Positions 59,963-64,000 of a stretch of DNA of 64,000 nucleotides are shown one piece after another. The stretch comes from Gammaproteobacteria bacterium (GTDB lineage: Bacteria > Pseudomonadota > Gammaproteobacteria > S012-40), in the NCBI GenBank assembly GCA_029881255.1, contig JAOUMY010000005.1, positions 66,479 to 130,478 of the forward strand. Reading direction: 5' to 3'. The position numbers and the translations under genes were made by a program. Below the pieces are notes generated by a model. The model did no database searches. It saw nothing but the letters and a program-made list of their open reading frames with translations, and was not told where the DNA came from. Each line of letters opens with the position of its first letter. Position 1 is the stretch's first letter.

Positions 59963-60278
59963 GGCGAACTCCTGTCATATATGATTGGCCTAATTCTAGC
60001 CCGAAAAATGTAGTGCGCCTATATTGAAAGCAAATACTCGCCTTCGCGATCAAAGTAGAATCCGTCACTACGGCCATCAGGTAGCGTTTAGCGCTTATCT
60101 ACCATCATTCTACCGTTCAAAGCCTTATTTTCCGTATCGGAAAAAAGTATTGTTACAAGGCCCAGGTTCGCCGAACTTACAGCGCAATATTTTCTCATGT
60201 GCTAGGATTCCTACAGCGCTGATTTCAGAATCAGGCTGAAAGCTCGTTAGCCGCCAGCTCGTTTTCAGGTATATAAAA

Positions 60279-61595
60279 GTGACTTTTGAAAACCTACACG
60301 AATTATTCACTCAGTTTTCCACCGATGTTATAACTTGGGCAACGCGACCTGACGTATACGAGCAAGCTGGCTTGGCGTTGTTCGCTTTCGTGATCGCCTA
60401 TACGATATCTGCCTTTATACGATTTCGCGTTCCACTATTCAGAAACAAGCCGGCAGAAGGATATTTTTTCACCTTGCGTCACGTGGTGTACCAGAGCCGT
60501 GATTTATTGTTCCCGCTGATATTAGTTATTTCCTTATTCATCGCGACTGAAATCAGCGACGTTATGATCAAACACAGTTGGCTGGTGCGCATTGGTGAAG
60601 GAATCGCGATTATTTTGCTGATTTTTTCGCTGATATCACGCGCGGTCAACAACCTGTTTATACAGGTTTTGCTTAAGTACGTTGCCATACCAGTGGCCAT
60701 TCTTCAGATATTTGGCTGGCTGGACAATGTCGTCGCTTATCTTGAATCGCTATATATTGAAATCGGCAATATTAAAATTACCGCTTATGGCATTGTGCGG
60801 GTATTCATTTTCGGTGCGATACTCTTTTGGCTTGGTCGTTTATCTAATCAGTTCGGCCAGCGAGTCATACGTCAACAAGAGAAACTCGACCCGGGCACCC
60901 GCGAAGTGTTCTCCAAGCTCTACCAGGTTGCTCTGTTTGTCGCGATATTCATATTGTTACTCCAGATTATGGGTATCAATATTACTGCCTTAGCGGTGTT
61001 CGGCGGCGCGCTCGGTGTCGGGCTAGGTTTTGGCCTGCAATCAATCGCGTCCAATTTTATATCCGGTGTCATCCTGTTGTTAGATCGTTCCCTGGCCGTT
61101 GGCGACTATATTGAATTGGCAGACGGACGCAAAGGCACCATACGCGAACTCAATATGCGCTCTACCCTGCTGGAAACCTATGATGGCAAGGACATCATGG
61201 TGCCGAATGAACAATTTATTACGACGAGTTTCACCAACTGGACGCACAAAAACGCTAAGCAGCGCTATTCAATAGAACTGCAAGTTGCCTACGACACCGA
61301 TTTGCACAAACTTTTTCAAATATTGAAGGATGTCGTGTCATCGCACCCGAAAGTTATCAGCGGTGACGATGTGCCAATTGAAGAACGCCCCGATGCAGAG
61401 ATTGCAAAATTTGGCGAATCGGGTATCAACATACTGATTGAGTTCTGGATGCAAGGTATAGACGATGGCGAAAATCGTGTTGGCGGCGATTTGTTATTCA
61501 TGATTTGGGAAGCACTAAAAGCCAACCACATCCAAATCCCCTTCCCTCAACGTGAAGTGCGAATAGTCACGGTGGGAGAGAATTCAACAGCGTAA
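60279..61595 (+). CDS. mechanosensitive ion channel (MscS family)
   Basis: Multiple N-terminal TM segments. Pore helix LGVGLGFGLQSIASNFISGVILLLDRSLAVGDYIEL. C-terminal beta-domain. 438 aa. Confidence 0.85.
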   Translation: MTFENLHELFTQFSTDVITWATRPDVYEQAGLALFAFVIAYTISAFIRFRVPLFRNKPAEGYFFTLRHVVYQSRDLLFPLILVISLFIATEISDVMIKHSWLVRIGEGIAIILLIFSLISRAVNNLFIQVLLKYVAIPVAILQIFGWLDNVVAYLESLYIEIGNIKITAYGIVRVFIFGAILFWLGRLSNQFGQRVIRQQEKLDPGTREVFSKLYQVALFVAIFILLLQIMGINITALAVFGGALGVGLGFGLQSIASNFISGVILLLDRSLAVGDYIELADGRKGTIRELNMRSTLLETYDGKDIMVPNEQFITTSFTNWTHKNAKQRYSIELQVAYDTDLHKLFQILKDVVSSHPKVISGDDVPIEERPDAEIAKFGESGINILIEFWMQGIDDGENRVGGDLLFMIWEALKANHIQIPFPQREVRIVTVGENSTA

Positions 61596-61614
61596 GCTTG
61601 AGAGCGAGAAAACT

Positions 61615-62643
61615 ATGCGCAGATTCTTCTGTGATTGCGGTCAGGAAATTTTCCTGGAAAATCGTCACTGTACGCAATGCAATAATAGCCTGGGCTATGA
61701 ACCTTTTTCGGGTCAACTGTTAACCTTGTCCAACAGGGGAAAAAACTGGCACATTGCACGTTCCGGATTTATCGTAAAACCCTGTCACAACGGTATACAA
61801 CATGGCGTGTGCAATGCCTTGATCGACGTAAACGATCCGAATGAGTTGTGTCTGACCTGCCGCCTTAATCGTACCATTCCGGATCTCAGTAAAGAGGGTA
61901 ATCTGCGACGTTGGGGGAAACTGGAAGAAGCCAAGCGTCGTCTGGTTTATGGCCTGCTAAAATTCGGTCTACCACTGAATGCGCCTGTTGCTGGTTTTCC
62001 GCGCGGTCTGTGTTTTGATTTTTTGCAGGACAGGCGCACTGATCCTGACGCCACGCTTGAATATGTATCTACCGGACATTTCAACGGCGTCATTACCATT
62101 AATGTACTTGAGGCCGATGAGGTACAACGTGTATGGCAAAAAGAACAGAGTCATGAACGCTATCGCACCTTGCTCGGTCATCTAAGACACGAAGCCGGGC
62201 ACTACTACTATGAACTTCTGGTGACGGAAACGACGAGTTTTCAACGCCTGTTCGGCGATCCAGGTATTCCCTATGCGGATGCATTGAAACGTTTCTACGA
62301 GCAAGGTCCGCTTGATGGCTGGGAACAGAACCACATTAGTGCCTATGCCAGCGCCCATCCATTGGAAGACTGGGCGGAGTGTTTTGCGCATTACCTGCAC
62401 ATGACCGACACTATCGAAACTGCATCATCACGCGGCGCTATTGCTCCACTCAATGGCAACGAATGTTTCGAAGATTTGTTGAATATATGGGATGGTCTTG
62501 CGGTGACACTGAATGAGTTGAATCGCAGCCTCGGACTCGCCGATGCCTATCCTTTTGTCATTACGCCTGGAATTGCAGACAAACTGCATTTTATCAATGA
62601 TTCGATCATCACACTCGGTCAGAACTTCAGTCAACCGGCCTGA
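61615..62643 (+). CDS. putative zinc-ribbon-containing zinc metallopeptidase (HExxH)
   Basis: N-terminal [17 protein letters not shown] (zinc ribbon). [11 protein letters not shown] HExxH-type motif. 342 aa. 19 nt downstream of the MscS gene. Confidence 0.55.
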   Translation: MRRFFCDCGQEIFLENRHCTQCNNSLGYEPFSGQLLTLSNRGKNWHIARSGFIVKPCHNGIQHGVCNALIDVNDPNELCLTCRLNRTIPDLSKEGNLRRWGKLEEAKRRLVYGLLKFGLPLNAPVAGFPRGLCFDFLQDRRTDPDATLEYVSTGHFNGVITINVLEADEVQRVWQKEQSHERYRTLLGHLRHEAGHYYYELLVTETTSFQRLFGDPGIPYADALKRFYEQGPLDGWEQNHISAYASAHPLEDWAECFAHYLHMTDTIETASSRGAIAPLNGNECFEDLLNIWDGLAVTLNELNRSLGLADAYPFVITPGIADKLHFINDSIITLGQNFSQPA

Positions 62644-64000
62644 AACGTAAATCGAGCGTACAAGGAAAATTGGGATTGGCTCGCTCTTCTCTCACGGATA
62701 ACGTACCTGTGGTATGACCATGACTCCAAAAGCGTGAGATACGACGCGCTTCCGCTTCGTACGCATTCACAGGCAAGGTTTCGTAATTACGTCCGCTGGG
62801 ATGCGCCACATGATAGGTACAACCGCCTATGCTCTTCCGATTGGCCAGATCCACAATATCAAATCGCAATGGCGCATCGGTAGGCAAACGCGGGTGTAAT
62901 CCGAATACCGGTTGCCAGGCCTTAAAACGTACGCCGCCAACATACTCCCCAGTAACATCGGTCGATTGCAAAGGTACTCGTCTACCATTGCAACACAAAG
63001 CGTAGCGCTCGGGATTAAAATTTCGCAGACTGAGCTGCACGCGTTCCACCGATGAGTCCACGAATCGCGCCGTGCCTTGCGAAGTAACCTCTTCGCCGAG
63101 CACATTCCAGGGCTCGATCGCCCCGCGCAATTCAAAATGCATGGTTTGTACGTGTATCTCGCCGAAGTGGGGAAAGCGAAATTCGAAAAACGGTTCAAAC
63201 CACTCAGCGTCGAAGGAATAACCCGCCTGCGCCAGATCGTCTAACACCTGCCGGAAATCCTGTTTTACATAAAACGGCAGCATAAACCTGTCGTGCAGTG
63301 CAGTACCCCAACGCGCTGGTCGTCCGTGATAGGGATTGCGCCAGAAGGTGGCAATCAAGGCACGCAGCAATAACATCTGCACAACGCTCATGCGCCAATG
63401 CGGCGGCATTTCAAAGCCGCGAAACTCTAACAAACCCTGTCGACCAGCAGGCCCGGCCGGGTTGTAAAGTTTATCGATACAAAATTCGGCACGATGCGTA
63501 TTGCCGGTTATGTCTACCAATAGATTGCGAAACAGGCGGTCCACCAACCACGGCTCGGTACTTTCTCCAGGCACCACCTGCTGCAAGGCAATTTCCAATT
63601 CATACAAAGCATCGTTGCGCGCTTCATCGATACGCGGTGCCTGAGAAGTCGGCCCAATAAACAGACCAGAAAACAAATATGACAAAGCAGGATGATGTTG
63701 CCAGTACAAAATCAGGCTGGCGAGTAAATCGGGACGACGCAGGAAAGGACTATCTGACGCCCGCTGTGCGCCGAACGTAACATGGTTGCCACCACCGGTG
63801 CCAATGTGACGCCCGTCCAGCATAAACTTTTCACTACCCAGCCGAGTCTGTCGCGCTTCCTCGTAAAGTGTTTCGGTATTGCTTACCAGATCACGCCAGT
63901 CACGACTCGGATGTATATTTACTTCAATGACGCCGGGGTCCGGCGTTACTGCCAACTTACGTATACGCGCGTCCGCCGGTGGCTCGTAACCTTCTATGTC
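62627..64000 (-). CDS. transglutaminase-like/DUF2126-family large protein, C-terminal part (start beyond window end)
   Basis: Frame is open to the window edge. [28 protein letters not shown] and other segments recalled as typical of the DUF2126 domain. Family call from memory only. Confidence 0.45.
   Translation of the reverse strand, partial: DIEGYEPPADARIRKLAVTPDPGVIEVNIHPSRDWRDLVSNTETLYEEARQTRLGSEKFMLDGRHIGTGGGNHVTFGAQRASDSPFLRRPDLLASLILYWQHHPALSYLFSGLFIGPTSQAPRIDEARNDALYELEIALQQVVPGESTEPWLVDRLFRNLLVDITGNTHRAEFCIDKLYNPAGPAGRQGLLEFRGFEMPPHWRMSVVQMLLLRALIATFWRNPYHGRPARWGTALHDRFMLPFYVKQDFRQVLDDLAQAGYSFDAEWFEPFFEFRFPHFGEIHVQTMHFELRGAIEPWNVLGEEVTSQGTARFVDSSVERVQLSLRNFNPERYALCCNGRRVPLQSTDVTGEYVGGVRFKAWQPVFGLHPRLPTDAPLRFDIVDLANRKSIGGCTYHVAHPSGRNYETLPVNAYEAEARRISRFWSHGHTTGTLSVREERANPNFPCTLDLRFRPVD

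Noticed and set aside
1-64000. CRISPR arrays, tRNA/rRNA genes, IS elements/transposases, integrases
   Set aside because: I looked for them and found no regularly spaced direct repeats, no cloverleaf-like conserved tRNA sequence, and no DDE/tyrosine-recombinase-like ORFs. Island mobility genes appear to be absent from this window.

Overview
This 64-kb window comes from a Gram-negative (gammaproteobacterium-like) chromosome. Conserved housekeeping-type genes sit at both ends and a large accessory, defence-dominated island sits in the middle.

The core genes are:
- a partial penicillin/AHL acylase and an RRM protein at the left edge;
- an MDR-family oxidoreductase, Bcp, and a DsbB/DsbA-like pair;
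- two large sensor kinases, dbpA, a MscS-family channel, and several regulators (LysR x2, AraC/GyrI, PadR).

Between about 8.4 kb and 43.5 kb the sequence is packed with toxin-antitoxin and defence functions. I found no tRNA, rRNA, CRISPR array or recognisable transposase/integrase.

The defence-island contents, left to right:
- vapBC, a DUF86/HepT-like gene disrupted exactly where a 35-bp palindromic repeat sits, and a frameshifted RhuM gene;
- a complete Type I R-M operon (hsdR-hsdS ... hsdM) on the minus strand;
- an XRE-HTH/ImmA-IrrE peptidase regulator and a HAD-type 5'-nucleotidase;
- an array of paralogous signal-peptide proteins, each preceded by a conserved upstream element, with orphan 3'-end fragments;
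- a frameshifted Abi_2 (AbiD/F-like) gene, a nucleotidyltransferase-fold protein, a Fic protein, and ccdAB plus a ccdA remnant.

The most striking feature is a three-gene, AT-rich cargo inserted inside the Type I R-M operon, between hsdS and hsdM. It encodes a calcineurin-like metallophosphoesterase (499 aa), an Hsp90/MutL/MORC-like GHKL ATPase (783 aa), and an SF2 DExH helicase with a C-terminal PD-(D/E)xK-like nuclease region (1024 aa). A diverged 65-codon 5' remnant of a second hsdM is translationally coupled to the helicase start. A further PD-(D/E)xK nuclease-like gene is co-transcribed downstream of hsdM. This looks like a candidate undescribed defence module embedded in, and probably co-regulated with, a Type I R-M system.

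Other signatures of rearrangement:
- a diverged duplicate of the dbpA 3' end bracketing a Fic-containing islet (att-like target duplication);
- a 100 %-identical, internally deleted fragment of the 5'-nucleotidase gene 8 kb away from its parent;
- two short direct-repeat pairs (35 bp and 32 bp) bracketing gene modules;
- frameshifts at homopolymer runs in the RhuM and Abi genes.
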